A DNA stretch of 64,000 bases from an uncultured Candidatus Saccharibacteria bacterium. GTDB lineage: Bacteria; Patescibacteriota; Saccharimonadia; Saccharimonadales; UBA7683. This document shows, piece after piece, positions 7,774-17,958 of this stretch. Below the pieces are notes generated by a model. It had not been told where the DNA came from, searched no databases, and was given only the letters and a program-made list of their open reading frames with translations. Position numbers and translations under genes: made by a program. The DNA is taken from positions 7,833-71,832 of the forward strand of contig CAZWBG010000003.1 in the NCBI GenBank assembly GCA_964632215.1. The letters run 5' to 3'. The first letter of the stretch is position 1, and every line of letters begins with the position of its first letter.

Positions 7774-10443
7774 GTGGCAAGCCTGGCGGAGGTTATGGTG
7801 TCTGAGCGTAAGAAGCTAGCTATTATTGATGGAAAAAGTGTTTTTTATCGTGGATACTACGCTATGCCGAACCTTTCAGCGGCTGACGGTACACCAACTG
7901 GTGGGGTGTACGGCTTTGCAACGCTGGCTATTCAACTAATGAAGCAACTCAAGCCGGATTATGTAGCCGTAGCCTGGGATAAACCAAAAACAAACATTAG
8001 AAAACGCAAAGAAATCTACCCAGCATATAAAGCTGGGCGCAAGCCACCTCCAGATGATTTTTACGCCCAGATTCCTATTTTGCACGAACTGCTTGCTGCG
8101 CTCGGCTGGCCGCTATATGAGCTAGACGATTATGAGGCTGATGACATTATGGCCACCCTTGCCAAAGAGGCTGATAGCCTAGATATTGAGACAGAACTGG
8201 TTACTTCGGATCTGGATGCTTTGCAGGCTATCACGCCATTGACGCATGTCTATATCTTAAAAAAAGGCTTAACAAATATAGAGCGTTTTCATCCAGAGAG
8301 TTTTGAGGCTAAGTACGGTATTCGAGTTGATCAATTTTTGGATCTCAAGAGCCTGAAGGGGGATTCTTCGGATAATATTCCTGGCGTCGCGGGGATAGGT
8401 GAGAAGACGGCCATCCAACTTTTACAGCAGTACGAAACGCTCGATGGTATTTATGAAAATATCGCATTGATTAAAGAATCAACGGCTAAGAAACTTGAAG
8501 CGGGCAAAGAATCCGCCTATATGAGCAAACAAATTGCCACGCTTTGGGTAGATGCACCAGTAAAGTTTAACGAACAAGAGCTTGATGGTAGTAAAATTGA
8601 TGTTAAGGCCTTGAAAGATCTGCTCGAGAAACTTGATTTTCGTACACTCATTCGGCAGTTGCCTGACTATCTTAAAGATCGTGGAGATGGTGGATCAGCC
8701 GTAGATTTTACAGCTGAGGCCTCGCCACAGACTCATGTTAAAAACACGCTGATTACCAAAGGTGCCGACTTACCGACACTTAGCGCGAAAGAACTTTTGG
8801 TTTACGCACGTTGTAGCAAGGCACAGGGGTGTGGCCTGCAATACTTGATTGTTTCACCAGATGAAAAAACGAGTTACACTTTACAATTGGGCAAGGCGCT
8901 CGACGAAAAAATGGTTGCTAAGTGGCTTACAAAAACTTTTGCTCAAACTGAGCTGATAGGACATGATCTTAAGCAGATTCTAAAGGTATTTTTACAGCTT
9001 CAAGTACCGATACCAGCAATTGCTCACGATACCCATCTCGCAGCATTCTTGCTGAATCCTCTGCTCAGAAGTCAGGATTTAAGCGATCTGTTAGAAAAGT
9101 CATTTGGCTTCGGCTCGGGTATTGATAGCGCTTCGCCAGAGGACTTTTTGCAATACGTTGAACAGATTGTAAGTGGTGTCTGGAGATTAACTCAATCTCA
9201 GCGTAAGGAAATGGCACTTTATCCAAAATTTGAGCAGTTGGCACACGATATTGAATGGCCGATTGTGCCGGTACTAGCCAATATGGAATATACCGGAATC
9301 AAGCTGGATAGCCACTATTTAGAAGTGATGAGTCAAGAGTTTACAGGACAGATTAGTGATATCGAACAAGAAATTTACGGCTATGCCGATAAAGAGTTTA
9401 ATATCAGCTCGCCAGCTCAGCTGGCGACGGTTTTGTTTGAGGACCTGAAACTCCCTGTAAAAGGTATTAAAAAAGGTAAGACCGGCTATTCAACAGCTGC
9501 TAGTGAGCTCGATAAACTGCGGTGGTCTCATCCGATAATTAATTTAGTTACTCAGTACCGTGAATACACAAAGCTTAAAAGCACCTATGTGGATACCTTA
9601 CCGAAATTAGCGGATAGCCAAGGCCGCTTGCATACGACATTTAACCTGACAATTGCTCAGACTGGCCGACTTTCAAGCACTGATCCGAATTTGCAGAACA
9701 TACCAATTCGTACCGAGATTGGTAGAAAAATTCGTGAGGCTTTTGTGGCAGGTGAGGGTAATGTATTGGTGAGTGCTGATTACAGTCAGTTTGAGCTTCG
9801 ACTTGCGGCCGCTTTGGCACACGACGAAGAGCTAGTGGAGCTGTTTAATCAAGACGCTGATATTCATACTACAACTGCTGCTCAGGTGTATGACATTAAA
9901 CCACACGAGGTGACACCCGACCAGCGCCGACACGCTAAAGTGATTAACTTTGGGATTCTTTACGGTATGAGCCCGCATGGTCTTTCGGTTGCTACGGGTA
10001 TGAGTGAGATTGAGGCTCGTGAGTTTGTACTCAAGTACAAAGAGCTGCGCAAGCCAATTTTTGACTATACGAATACTTTGATTGAGCAAGCGCGAGAAAA
10101 AGGTTATGTAGAAACGCTATTTGGTCGCCGCCGCCCAATGCCCGATATCCATTCGAGTAACTTTATTGTTCGTTCGAGTGCGGAGCGGGCTGCGATGAAT
10201 ATGCCGATACAAGGAACTGAGGCAGACTTAATGAAACTTGCCATGATAGAAGTTGAAAAAAAACTCCCGGAAGGTGCCAGGCAACTTTTGCAGATCCATG
10301 ACTCAATTATTGTTGAATGTTCTGAAAAACAAGCTGAGACGATAGAGAGGTTACTAGCTGAGACGATGGAAAATATCTACAAAGAATTGCCCGTAAAACT
10401 CAAAGTAGACGTCCATACTGGCAAAACCTGGGGTGAGCTGTGA
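7774..10443 (+). CDS. polA: DNA polymerase I
   Basis: 5'-nuclease domain ('GDSSDNIPGVAGIGEKTA'). Pol A motif 'LVSADYSQFELRLAA', motif B 'RRHAKVINFGILYGMS' and motif C 'LLQIHDSIIVE'. The start may be ATG 7795, which follows GGAGG. Confidence 0.95.
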   Translation: MASLAEVMVSERKKLAIIDGKSVFYRGYYAMPNLSAADGTPTGGVYGFATLAIQLMKQLKPDYVAVAWDKPKTNIRKRKEIYPAYKAGRKPPPDDFYAQIPILHELLAALGWPLYELDDYEADDIMATLAKEADSLDIETELVTSDLDALQAITPLTHVYILKKGLTNIERFHPESFEAKYGIRVDQFLDLKSLKGDSSDNIPGVAGIGEKTAIQLLQQYETLDGIYENIALIKESTAKKLEAGKESAYMSKQIATLWVDAPVKFNEQELDGSKIDVKALKDLLEKLDFRTLIRQLPDYLKDRGDGGSAVDFTAEASPQTHVKNTLITKGADLPTLSAKELLVYARCSKAQGCGLQYLIVSPDEKTSYTLQLGKALDEKMVAKWLTKTFAQTELIGHDLKQILKVFLQLQVPIPAIAHDTHLAAFLLNPLLRSQDLSDLLEKSFGFGSGIDSASPEDFLQYVEQIVSGVWRLTQSQRKEMALYPKFEQLAHDIEWPIVPVLANMEYTGIKLDSHYLEVMSQEFTGQISDIEQEIYGYADKEFNISSPAQLATVLFEDLKLPVKGIKKGKTGYSTAASELDKLRWSHPIINLVTQYREYTKLKSTYVDTLPKLADSQGRLHTTFNLTIAQTGRLSSTDPNLQNIPIRTEIGRKIREAFVAGEGNVLVSADYSQFELRLAAALAHDEELVELFNQDADIHTTTAAQVYDIKPHEVTPDQRRHAKVINFGILYGMSPHGLSVATGMSEIEAREFVLKYKELRKPIFDYTNTLIEQAREKGYVETLFGRRRPMPDIHSSNFIVRSSAERAAMNMPIQGTEADLMKLAMIEVEKKLPEGARQLLQIHDSIIVECSEKQAETIERLLAETMENIYKELPVKLKVDVHTGKTWGEL

Positions 10444-10865
10444 ACGATATTTTACAGCGGGTGGCGCTTAAGGCAGTGATAGTTAACGATGAAGATAAAA
10501 TACTACTTCTTCGCGAAGCCAGTACATATGAAGAGGGTACAAACGTTGGACGCTACCAGATACCTGGCGGAAGACTTGAGCCAGGAGAAAAATGGGAAGA
10601 CGGTCTCCACCGAGAAGTGGCGGAAGAAACAGGTCTCACGGTTGAGGTTCGTAAGCCACTCTATGTTGGTGAGTGGCATCCAGTTATCAAGGGAACCCAA
10701 AACCAGATTATTGCTGTATATGTGATCTGCGAGTCTTCGCACAAAAAAGTACAACTGAGCGAGGATCATGATGCATATGTTTGGGTTTCAGCGGCTGACT
10801 ATTCTCGGTATGATGTTCTAGATCCAGAAGGTAAGGTAATTGAGGCTTACTACAATGAATGTTGA
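10440..10865 (+). CDS. NUDIX hydrolase
   Basis: Nudix box 'GGRLEPGEKWEDGLHREVAEETGL'. The GTG start overlaps the polA stop (GTGA). Confidence 0.85.
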   Translation: MNDILQRVALKAVIVNDEDKILLLREASTYEEGTNVGRYQIPGGRLEPGEKWEDGLHREVAEETGLTVEVRKPLYVGEWHPVIKGTQNQIIAVYVICESSHKKVQLSEDHDAYVWVSAADYSRYDVLDPEGKVIEAYYNEC

Positions 10866-11292
10866 GGTAAAGATAAGAAAGGTTTCTGAGAGTGCGCAGA
10901 TACCGCAGTATCAGACTACGGGTGCGGCAGCGGTAGATTTGCACGCCTGCTTGGACGAACCTGTTACGTTGCAATCTATGGAGCGCACAGCAGTTCCTAC
11001 GGGGATTGCAATTGAACTTCCTGAAGGATACGAGGCGCAGTTACGTGGCCGAAGCGGACTGGCGGCGCATCATGGCGTTGGTCTTACGAATGGCATCGGT
11101 ACGATCGATAGTGACTATCGCGGTGAAATTAAAGTGTTACTCATCAACTGGGGGAGTGAACCATTTACTATTGAGCCTGGTATGCGAATTGTACAGATGG
11201 TTATTACCCAACATTCTCGGGCACAATGGGTCGAGGTAAAAGAACTTGGCGAGACGGAGCGTGGCGCTGGCAAATTTGGCAGTACAGGTTAG
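10855..11292 (+). CDS. dut: dUTP diphosphatase
   Basis: Motifs 'GAAAVDL', 'GRSGLAAHHGV' and 'GTIDSDYRGEI'. ATG 10855 (MNVEVK) overlaps the Nudix stop. Confidence 0.9.
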   Translation: MNVEVKIRKVSESAQIPQYQTTGAAAVDLHACLDEPVTLQSMERTAVPTGIAIELPEGYEAQLRGRSGLAAHHGVGLTNGIGTIDSDYRGEIKVLLINWGSEPFTIEPGMRIVQMVITQHSRAQWVEVKELGETERGAGKFGSTG

Positions 11293-11300
11293 AGTAGTAA

Positions 11301-11309
11301 TGATATAAT
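11301..11309 (+). promoter_or_regulatory. Extended -10 box (TGaTATAAT) 9 nt upstream of GTG 11319
   Basis: Sequence reads TGA-TATAAT-ttaccagac-GTG. No SD is present. Confidence 0.45.
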
Positions 11310-11318
11310 TTACCAGAC

Positions 11319-12254
11319 GTGAAAAAAATAAAACTTTCATACAATAAATGGCTACTAATTGGTTTACTGAGCATGTTGTTGGCCGCGCCCAATGCAACGG
11401 TGATTCGTCATACTGTGGGGTCAATAGATCCGACATTCTTTAACGTTATTAAATACGGACTATTGGCTGCTGGGTTGTTGCCATACGTGCTGATCAGGCG
11501 AAAAACATTCACAAAGCTATCACTGAAGTACGCGGTGATAGCCGGTGCTTCGATGGCTGCCGCTATCACTTCTTTTGTATGGGCGGTTTATCATAGCCAG
11601 GCAAGTCACGTGGTGATTATAACTTTACTAACGCCGATCATCTTGATTCTGTATTCGATCCGTCTGAACAAAGAACGAGTTACTAAGAGATCAATCGCTG
11701 GCATTAGCTTAGCTGCTGCAGGCGCTTTTATGATTGTAGCTCTTCCAATAGCCCTGCAGAATCGGGCGGACTTTCAATTTTATGGTCTTGCGACTGCGTT
11801 GGCATTGGTAAATTGTTTGACGTTTCCATTGGCAACTATCTATGCCAAGAAGGCTAATGACGCAGGCATTTCTTTACTTTCTGTTTCTGGTATCACAACC
11901 TTCATTGCCTTTGCGGTGTCGCTTGTAGTCCTCTTGGTGCGCGGAGGTACCGTGGAGGTGCCAACAACACTTTCTCTTGAAGTGATTGCTGGGATAGCTT
12001 ACAGTGCTCTTGGCGTAGCTCTGAGCGCACGCATATTGGGAGTTGCCAGCTATGAACACATTGGTGCCACGGCGATAGGTGCTCTGTTCTATCTTGAGAT
12101 GCTCATAGCTATTATCATCCCAGTACTATTTTTACATGAGAAGATATCGGTTGAGTTGATCGTGGGCGGTGTTTTGATTCTACTGGGTATCTATGTAGTG
12201 GAACATCGATCTGCGCTGCATCATCGACATTTTAATTTCTCGCGACACCACTAG
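11319..12254 (+). CDS. EamA/DMT-family transporter
   Basis: About 10 predicted TM helices in two similar halves. Size is 311 aa. Confidence 0.65.
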   Translation: MKKIKLSYNKWLLIGLLSMLLAAPNATVIRHTVGSIDPTFFNVIKYGLLAAGLLPYVLIRRKTFTKLSLKYAVIAGASMAAAITSFVWAVYHSQASHVVIITLLTPIILILYSIRLNKERVTKRSIAGISLAAAGAFMIVALPIALQNRADFQFYGLATALALVNCLTFPLATIYAKKANDAGISLLSVSGITTFIAFAVSLVVLLVRGGTVEVPTTLSLEVIAGIAYSALGVALSARILGVASYEHIGATAIGALFYLEMLIAIIIPVLFLHEKISVELIVGGVLILLGIYVVEHRSALHHRHFNFSRHH

Positions 12255-12262
12255 GCAATCTT

Positions 12263-12271
12263 TGCTATCAT
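12263..12271 (+). promoter_or_regulatory. Extended -10 box (TGcTATCAT) 6 nt upstream of ATG 12278; leaderless candidate
   Basis: Sequence reads TGC-TATCAT-gagcat-ATG. Confidence 0.45.
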
Positions 12272-12277
12272 GAGCAT

Positions 12278-12844
12278 ATGGTAAAAGCGATAGTTTTTGA
12301 TTGTTTCGGAGTGCTCACTGAAGACGGCTGGCTGGCCTTTGTGCACCAGTGGGTTACGCCAGACACGCTAGACGCAGCTAATTATCTCAACCATCAGCTA
12401 GATGTTGCAATGATTGCCTACCCTGACTTTTTAGACCAGATAGCTGTTTTGACGGGCGCTTCTAAAGACGAAGTAAATAAAATGATTCGCAGGTATCATC
12501 ACAGAAATGCAGCGCTTCTTACGTATATCACTCAGCTGAAAAAACACTATAAAATTGGCCTACTTTCTAACATAGGCGGTAACTATTTAGCCGAATTCTT
12601 AACTAAGGAAGATCTGACACTTTTTGATGCCATGTCACTTTCGTGTGAGACTGGCTTTTTAAAACCAAACTCCGAGGCGTATCAAGATATCTGCACAAAA
12701 CTAGATACGTTACCCGAAGAAGCGATTTTTATAGATGACAGAGAGGGTTACTGCGAGGGCGCGCGGACGGTTGGTTTGCAGGCGGTTCACTATACCGGGG
12801 TGTCAGCATTAAGACGTGAACTTGCCAAGCTTCATATAGGCTAG
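12278..12844 (+). CDS. HAD-superfamily hydrolase
   Basis: N-terminal 'AIVFDCFGVLT' is a motif-I-like sequence in which the second Asp is replaced. 'IGLLSN' is motif II. 'IFIDDREGYCEGA' is motif IV. Confidence 0.65.
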   Translation: MVKAIVFDCFGVLTEDGWLAFVHQWVTPDTLDAANYLNHQLDVAMIAYPDFLDQIAVLTGASKDEVNKMIRRYHHRNAALLTYITQLKKHYKIGLLSNIGGNYLAEFLTKEDLTLFDAMSLSCETGFLKPNSEAYQDICTKLDTLPEEAIFIDDREGYCEGARTVGLQAVHYTGVSALRRELAKLHIG

Positions 12845-12929
12845 CACTTAGAGTGAGCTCCTCTGTTGAGAACCTTCATTCTATCTTGCGCAAAGAGAAG
12901 CGTAAGAGGTATACTATAGGGTAAGTCTA

Positions 12930-15900
12930 ATGAGGACGAAATACACTATTCATATGGAAAAAACACCGAGCAAAGTCAGTCGTAGAACTCCTGTGATTTC
13001 GATGGTTGGGAGCGTTATTATTGCTCTGCTTATAGCGGTGCTTCTTTTTTGGCTTTTTCGTTATTTGGGTAATCTAACGCAACCGACTGATAATACTGGA
13101 ACACCTCAACAAGCGCAGCTTGATGCTATTCAATCTGAACTCAACAACCTTAAACTACGCGTTACACAAGCAACTTCAGCAAATGACACTACACCGAATA
13201 GTTCACTTCAGGGATCCTCAGAAACATCTGCATCCCAAGGCGCTCCTAGCGTTCAGGGTCCAGTTGGCCCACAGGGTCCTCCTGGACCCAGCGGTACGGC
13301 TAGTTGCCCCAATGGCCCGTGTGCCTCGTTGCAGTCTACGACTCCAGGGGTGCAGGAAACTGGAAATTTTAACATTAGTGGTGGAGCCGTCTTTGGCGGC
13401 GATATCTCTGCTGGAGATATTACTGCCAGTGGTACCATTAGTGGTGATGGTTCTGGTCTCACGAACGTTGATGCCGCCACCCTGGGTGGCTACAGTGTCG
13501 GTAATAATGCGAACCAGATACCCCTCAACAATGGTACGCTCAATACCGACTTAAATGCCGATCTGCTCGATGGACAGCATGGATCCTTCTACCAAAATGC
13601 CGACAATCTCACTGCTGGTACCCTCGGTGATGCCCGTCTCTCAGCCAACGTCGTCCTGCAAAATGCTGCCAATGTCTTTACTGCCCCTACCAATACCTTC
13701 CAGGGCATAGCTGCTACTAACCTCCTGCAAGGTGGCAACCAAGTTTGTGACATCTCCAACAACTGTAACTATGCCCCAGGCTCTGGTAGTGGTAACTACA
13801 TTCAAAATGGTACCTCTGCTCAGACAGCCAATTTTAATATTACGGGTAACGGTTACTTTGGTGGTAATGTGGGGATCGGGACAACGAATCCTTTAAATCC
13901 ACTACAGATATTGAGTAATGGCGGTGCGGATGTCAGTATTGGTAATATTGCATCGTCGTATGGGGCGATCGGATTTTCTGATGCAGCTCTTTCAACATCT
14001 AACTATGCGCTGGCGGGTAATGGAGCTGGAGAAACAATTTTACAAGGTGGGACTGGCGGTATTGGGTTTAGGAATGGTGCAGGCGATCTCATGCGGCTTA
14101 CGCAGTCAGGTAGGCTTGGCATAGGGGTAGCGGCACCAAACAGTCCACTTGACGTCTTGGGTGGTGCAAATAATGGATATGTTGCTCGTCTCCAAAACCC
14201 CACACTAGGTGGCTATGGTTTGTTGATACAGACGAGCAGAAATAACTCTTCGGATGTAGGTTTAGCTATTAACGATCTGTTCTCAGTTACTACTGATGGT
14301 AGGGTGAACGCTACTAACCTTATTGCCACCAATACAATTACTGGTGCAAGCTTATTACAGGGTGGCAACCAGGTCTGCGATATCTCCAACAACTGTAACT
14401 ATGCCCCAGGCTCTGGTTCAGCTAACTACATCCAAAATGGCACAAGCTTACAGACAGCCAATTTTAACATTACGGGTAACGGTTACTTTGGTGGGAACGT
14501 TGGAATAGGGACAACAACACCGAACTATAAGCTAGAAGTAGGAGGCTCAGCACTATTTTCTACTATCTCAGGCTCTACGGTTGTTCACCTCAATGCAAGA
14601 AGTTCTGCGAATCAGTCGACCTTGCGATTCCAGGAGGACGGCACGCGTGCAGCAGATATTACTTTTGGTAATTCAACTCACGCATCACTCGCCAATCAAC
14701 TTAGGATCGTAAACGCTACCTCTACGGGGTCTTTGGTCCTTGGTACTAACGATTCGAGTAGGCTCACGATTCTTAGTGATGGTAATACTGGCGTTGGCAC
14801 GACAACGCCTGGCGCTCGTTTAGAGGTTGTAGCATCTAACGATCGAGCCGCGATATTTAACTCAGGGATCATGAGCGGAAATGGAAACATCGTTGATATA
14901 CAAGGCAGCCTAACGCGCAGCAGCACTGCCTCTACATATGGAGCTGCGCTCAACATAGGGGCTACAATTAGCCCGACGAGCGGCACCAGTAACCTGAGCT
15001 TTATAGATATAAATGGGACGATTAATCAAACAGCCACAGGTATTACTCGTGGGCTTTACGTACGACCAACAATAACTGCAGCACCTAACTTCCGTGGTGT
15101 AGAAATCGCCAACAATACTGGCTTTGGTTTGTATCAGAGTGGGGCAAACGCTTTGAACTACTTTGCAGGCAATGTGGGGATAGGGATGAGCAACCCTTCA
15201 GCAAAGCTTAACGTATTAGGAGATACCCAATTCTATGCTTTTGGCGCTACGGCTATGGGCGGCTTAACAAACTGGCTCAGGAGCGATCAAGGTACTGTTA
15301 CAGTGGTTGTGGGTATGAATGGTTCAACCAATGGACTTGGTGCCAATGTATCGAGCGGTAATATCCGTTTCAGTGGCCGCGACGTAGCCTCGGGCGACTT
15401 TGGCTATTATCCCACCGGTGGTGGAGCTGGCAACTATGGGACGTTCCGTTTTTCTAATAGTGGTAATGCGATCGCGACAACTCCCAATGCAAAGATTGGT
15501 GTAGGACAACTGTATTCGGCGGGAAGTGTTGCTATTGGTACAACATCCCCAAGCTACCTCTTGGACGTCCAAGGTGGCACCGGCATTGTCGGCCAGTTCT
15601 CTGGACGCGTGATTGGTGGCGATGCAGCAAATGCCAATGAATTCGTAACACTCGGGCAACTTAATGGTGCAGCTGGTAATTACATCCAAAATGGCACCTC
15701 TGCTCAAACAGCCAACTTTAATATCACAGGAAATGGTATTTTTGGCGGTAATGTGGGCATTGGCGCTACTCCTGTATCTAAGTTAACGGTTGGGGAGTAC
15801 ACCGATACAGCTCAGTCGCTAACCTTTGGCGATGATAGTAGCGCTCAGTATTACGGTATTTCAGCCTTTGATAATAAATTGAAGTTTGCGAGCCCTGGTG

Positions 15901-16814
15901 GCTTCCGGTTTGTGACTAATAGTAATACTACGCCGCAAGATGCTTTAACTATTTATGAAAGTGGTGGAGTATTCGGTGTTGGTATTAATAATGCTGTTGC
16001 TCCAAATATGCTGTCAGTCAACAGCCTTAGTACTGCTAATACTACGGCGCAGGTAGCTATTGGTACCAACGGAACGGGGAATAAGGGCTTGGTTATCCAG
16101 GGCACTTCTGGCCAATCCGCCAATCTGCAAGAATGGCAGGATAGCACTGGCTCAAGTGTTGCTGCCGTAACCTCGGGAGGCACCATAATTAGTACTGATA
16201 TGCGGACGGGTGGTATTGTTGATACTACGCAGGCTGGTCCTTATCTTACCTTCGGCTCAGATGCTCTGACACTTATAACGCGTCAGGCAGCCAATACTGG
16301 TTTAGCAATTCGCGGAGCTTCAGGTCAGGTCGCAAGTCTCTTACTCCTGCAAGACGCTTCTGGTGTGGCGCTGGCGCAAATTGATGCCAGTGGCAACTTA
16401 AGTGTCAAATCAGCAATGGTTGAGGGTGATTTATCGGTAACTGGCTCTATCACCACAGGAAACATTACTGTCAACGGGCATATCATCACCGGCAACACCT
16501 CTGGTTCCACTACCGCTGCAGCTGGATCAGACTCTGGCTTAGGTGCTAGTGTCTCAATAAATGGTAACGATACGTCCGGAACTATTACTATTACGACTGG
16601 TACTGGAGTGAGCGCTGGGCAGCTGGCAACCGTTACTTTCGCTAACGCGTATGGTACTAACCCTAGTGTAGTGATTACACCCAAGGATATTCCTGGTGGC
16701 GCTATTTTTCCGCAATATCATTACACCAGCACTACTGGTGGCTTTGAGCTAAAATCCTTTAACGCGCTCACCGATAGCGTTACCTACACATTCAGCTACT
16801 TCACTGCCCAGTAA
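12930..16814 (+). CDS. Giant membrane-anchored fibre/adhesin-like protein with collagen-like tract and tail-fibre-like repeats
   Basis: N-terminal TM 'ISMVGSVIIALLIAVLLFWLF' is followed by a coiled-coil-like segment and the GXY run 'GPVGPQGPPGPSG'. There are three copies of 'YIQNGTS.QTANFNITGNG.FGGNVGIG' and a Gly/Ser/Thr/Asn-rich beta-rich body. The start may be 12954. Confidence 0.8.
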   Translation: MRTKYTIHMEKTPSKVSRRTPVISMVGSVIIALLIAVLLFWLFRYLGNLTQPTDNTGTPQQAQLDAIQSELNNLKLRVTQATSANDTTPNSSLQGSSETSASQGAPSVQGPVGPQGPPGPSGTASCPNGPCASLQSTTPGVQETGNFNISGGAVFGGDISAGDITASGTISGDGSGLTNVDAATLGGYSVGNNANQIPLNNGTLNTDLNADLLDGQHGSFYQNADNLTAGTLGDARLSANVVLQNAANVFTAPTNTFQGIAATNLLQGGNQVCDISNNCNYAPGSGSGNYIQNGTSAQTANFNITGNGYFGGNVGIGTTNPLNPLQILSNGGADVSIGNIASSYGAIGFSDAALSTSNYALAGNGAGETILQGGTGGIGFRNGAGDLMRLTQSGRLGIGVAAPNSPLDVLGGANNGYVARLQNPTLGGYGLLIQTSRNNSSDVGLAINDLFSVTTDGRVNATNLIATNTITGASLLQGGNQVCDISNNCNYAPGSGSANYIQNGTSLQTANFNITGNGYFGGNVGIGTTTPNYKLEVGGSALFSTISGSTVVHLNARSSANQSTLRFQEDGTRAADITFGNSTHASLANQLRIVNATSTGSLVLGTNDSSRLTILSDGNTGVGTTTPGARLEVVASNDRAAIFNSGIMSGNGNIVDIQGSLTRSSTASTYGAALNIGATISPTSGTSNLSFIDINGTINQTATGITRGLYVRPTITAAPNFRGVEIANNTGFGLYQSGANALNYFAGNVGIGMSNPSAKLNVLGDTQFYAFGATAMGGLTNWLRSDQGTVTVVVGMNGSTNGLGANVSSGNIRFSGRDVASGDFGYYPTGGGAGNYGTFRFSNSGNAIATTPNAKIGVGQLYSAGSVAIGTTSPSYLLDVQGGTGIVGQFSGRVIGGDAANANEFVTLGQLNGAAGNYIQNGTSAQTANFNITGNGIFGGNVGIGATPVSKLTVGEYTDTAQSLTFGDDSSAQYYGISAFDNKLKFASPGGFRFVTNSNTTPQDALTIYESGGVFGVGINNAVAPNMLSVNSLSTANTTAQVAIGTNGTGNKGLVIQGTSGQSANLQEWQDSTGSSVAAVTSGGTIISTDMRTGGIVDTTQAGPYLTFGSDALTLITRQAANTGLAIRGASGQVASLLLLQDASGVALAQIDASGNLSVKSAMVEGDLSVTGSITTGNITVNGHIITGNTSGSTTAAAGSDSGLGASVSINGNDTSGTITITTGTGVSAGQLATVTFANAYGTNPSVVITPKDIPGGAIFPQYHYTSTTGGFELKSFNALTDSVTYTFSYFTAQ
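13731..13885 (+). repeat. Intragenic repeat copy 1 (155 nt)
   Basis: Near-identical to 14361-14515. Both encode 'GGNQVCDISNNCNYAPGSGS.NYIQNGTS.QTANFNITGNGYFGGNVGIGTT'. Confidence 0.9.
14361..14515 (+). repeat. Intragenic repeat copy 2 (155 nt)
   Basis: Same length and frame as 13731-13885. The differences are mostly synonymous. Confidence 0.9.
15675..15764 (+). repeat. Intragenic repeat, partial copy 3 (90 nt)
   Basis: Matches 13791-13880 ('GNYIQNGTSAQTANFNITGNGIFGGNVGIG'). Confidence 0.8.
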
Positions 16815-16944
16815 ACGGCTCTGATCTTGATGCAAATCTGTAGTATAGCCACCTCAACAGTTCAGACTATAGGTTGGCTTGTGGTCTACTAGCAGATCAG
16901 ATATAATAAAGCTTAAGATTAAAGCTTAATGGAGGGATATTTTT

Positions 16945-17445
16945 ATGGATCAGTTTCGAGCAAAGCCAGCCGTGCATAAACAGGCTACACCTACTTCACA
17001 ACCTGTATCGGCACCGAGTGCACCGCGCCGAAACAGAGGCTTGATTATCAAGGGTCTTCTGATAGTGGTGATTATTGGGGTGCTTGTAGCGGGCGGTGTG
17101 ATGGCATGGCGAATGAAGCACGGTACGACACCTCTAATTGGTGTAAATCAAGATCAATATCAGGCGCTCTTTCTAACAAATGGTCAGGTGTACTTCGGTA
17201 AGTTGAACAGTGCTGGATCACAAACCATTAAGATTTCTGATATCTATTATCTGCAGGTACAAGAGAAAGTACAGCCTGCTGAAGGTGAACAAAAAGAGGG
17301 TGATACATCTCTAGTAAAATTGGGCGAAGAATTACATGGTCCGGAAGATCAAATGTTTATTGAACGACATCAGGTCATATTCTGGGAGAATCTGAAGGCT
17401 GATGGTAAAGTAGCTCAGGCTATTGCTGAACACCAAAAGAAATAA
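16945..17445 (+). CDS. Hypothetical single-pass membrane protein
   Basis: SD GGAGGG lies upstream. TM helix 'LIIKGLLIVVIIGVLVAGGVMAW' is followed by a ~110-aa extracytoplasmic domain. A strong terminator follows the gene. Confidence 0.65.
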   Translation: MDQFRAKPAVHKQATPTSQPVSAPSAPRRNRGLIIKGLLIVVIIGVLVAGGVMAWRMKHGTTPLIGVNQDQYQALFLTNGQVYFGKLNSAGSQTIKISDIYYLQVQEKVQPAEGEQKEGDTSLVKLGEELHGPEDQMFIERHQVIFWENLKADGKVAQAIAEHQKK

Positions 17446-17462
17446 CTTCTAATATTCATAAA

Positions 17463-17499
17463 TTAATAACCTCCCAATAAGGGAGGTTATTAATTTTTA
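17463..17499 (+). terminator. Rho-independent terminator
   Basis: Perfect 13-bp stem (ttaataacctccc / gggaggttattaa), 5-nt loop, then TTTTT. Confidence 0.9.
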
Positions 17500-17697
17500 A
17501 CGTAAACTATTGAGATAAAGGTATGTAGTTTTTTACAACAAAACATTAAATTTTTATTAAATATTTGCAGTTTTTATAACAGATAGGAATGACACTATAC
17601 GGCTCAAAAACTGTCTTTACTTGGGTTGACTCAGGCAACTAGGAGCGTTATACCAGGTAGTAAGAACATTAACTAAATATGAAACATGAGGTAGGTA

Positions 17698-17958
17698 GTG
17701 GCATGGATAGATTTAGGTAATCCATTTGGCCCTGTTGTCTTGGGTCAGGACGCTTATGTTGTGGCTGAGAGTAGTGGCTTCGCTGACGTGAGTAGAGAGG
17801 CAGACCCAGAGGGATATAGAGCATGGGTTGAGGAGACGAGTAACGGTACAGTAGCTGAGCATCTTGCAAAGATATCCGTGGGCCAAGAGACGAAACCATC
17901 GACGGGTCGTTGTAGTCATGCGGTTTTGCGTGCTAGCGGCATAGCCTACGCTGCCTAG
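17698..17958 (+). CDS. Possible small acidic protein (86 aa), uncertain; could instead be non-coding
   Basis: A GTG start sits 6 nt after GAGG and the translation looks protein-like (MAWIDLGNPFGPVVLGQDAYVV...). The region is locally GC-richer than its flanks and shows no recognisable homology. Confidence 0.3.
   Translation: MAWIDLGNPFGPVVLGQDAYVVAESSGFADVSREADPEGYRAWVEETSNGTVAEHLAKISVGQETKPSTGRCSHAVLRASGIAYAA

Noticed and set aside
13253-13300. The collagen-like GPVGPQGPPGPSG tract, considered as a sign of eukaryotic contamination.
   Set aside because: It is only four GXY triplets embedded in a continuous bacterial ORF, with a bacterial TM anchor and a bacterial genomic context.
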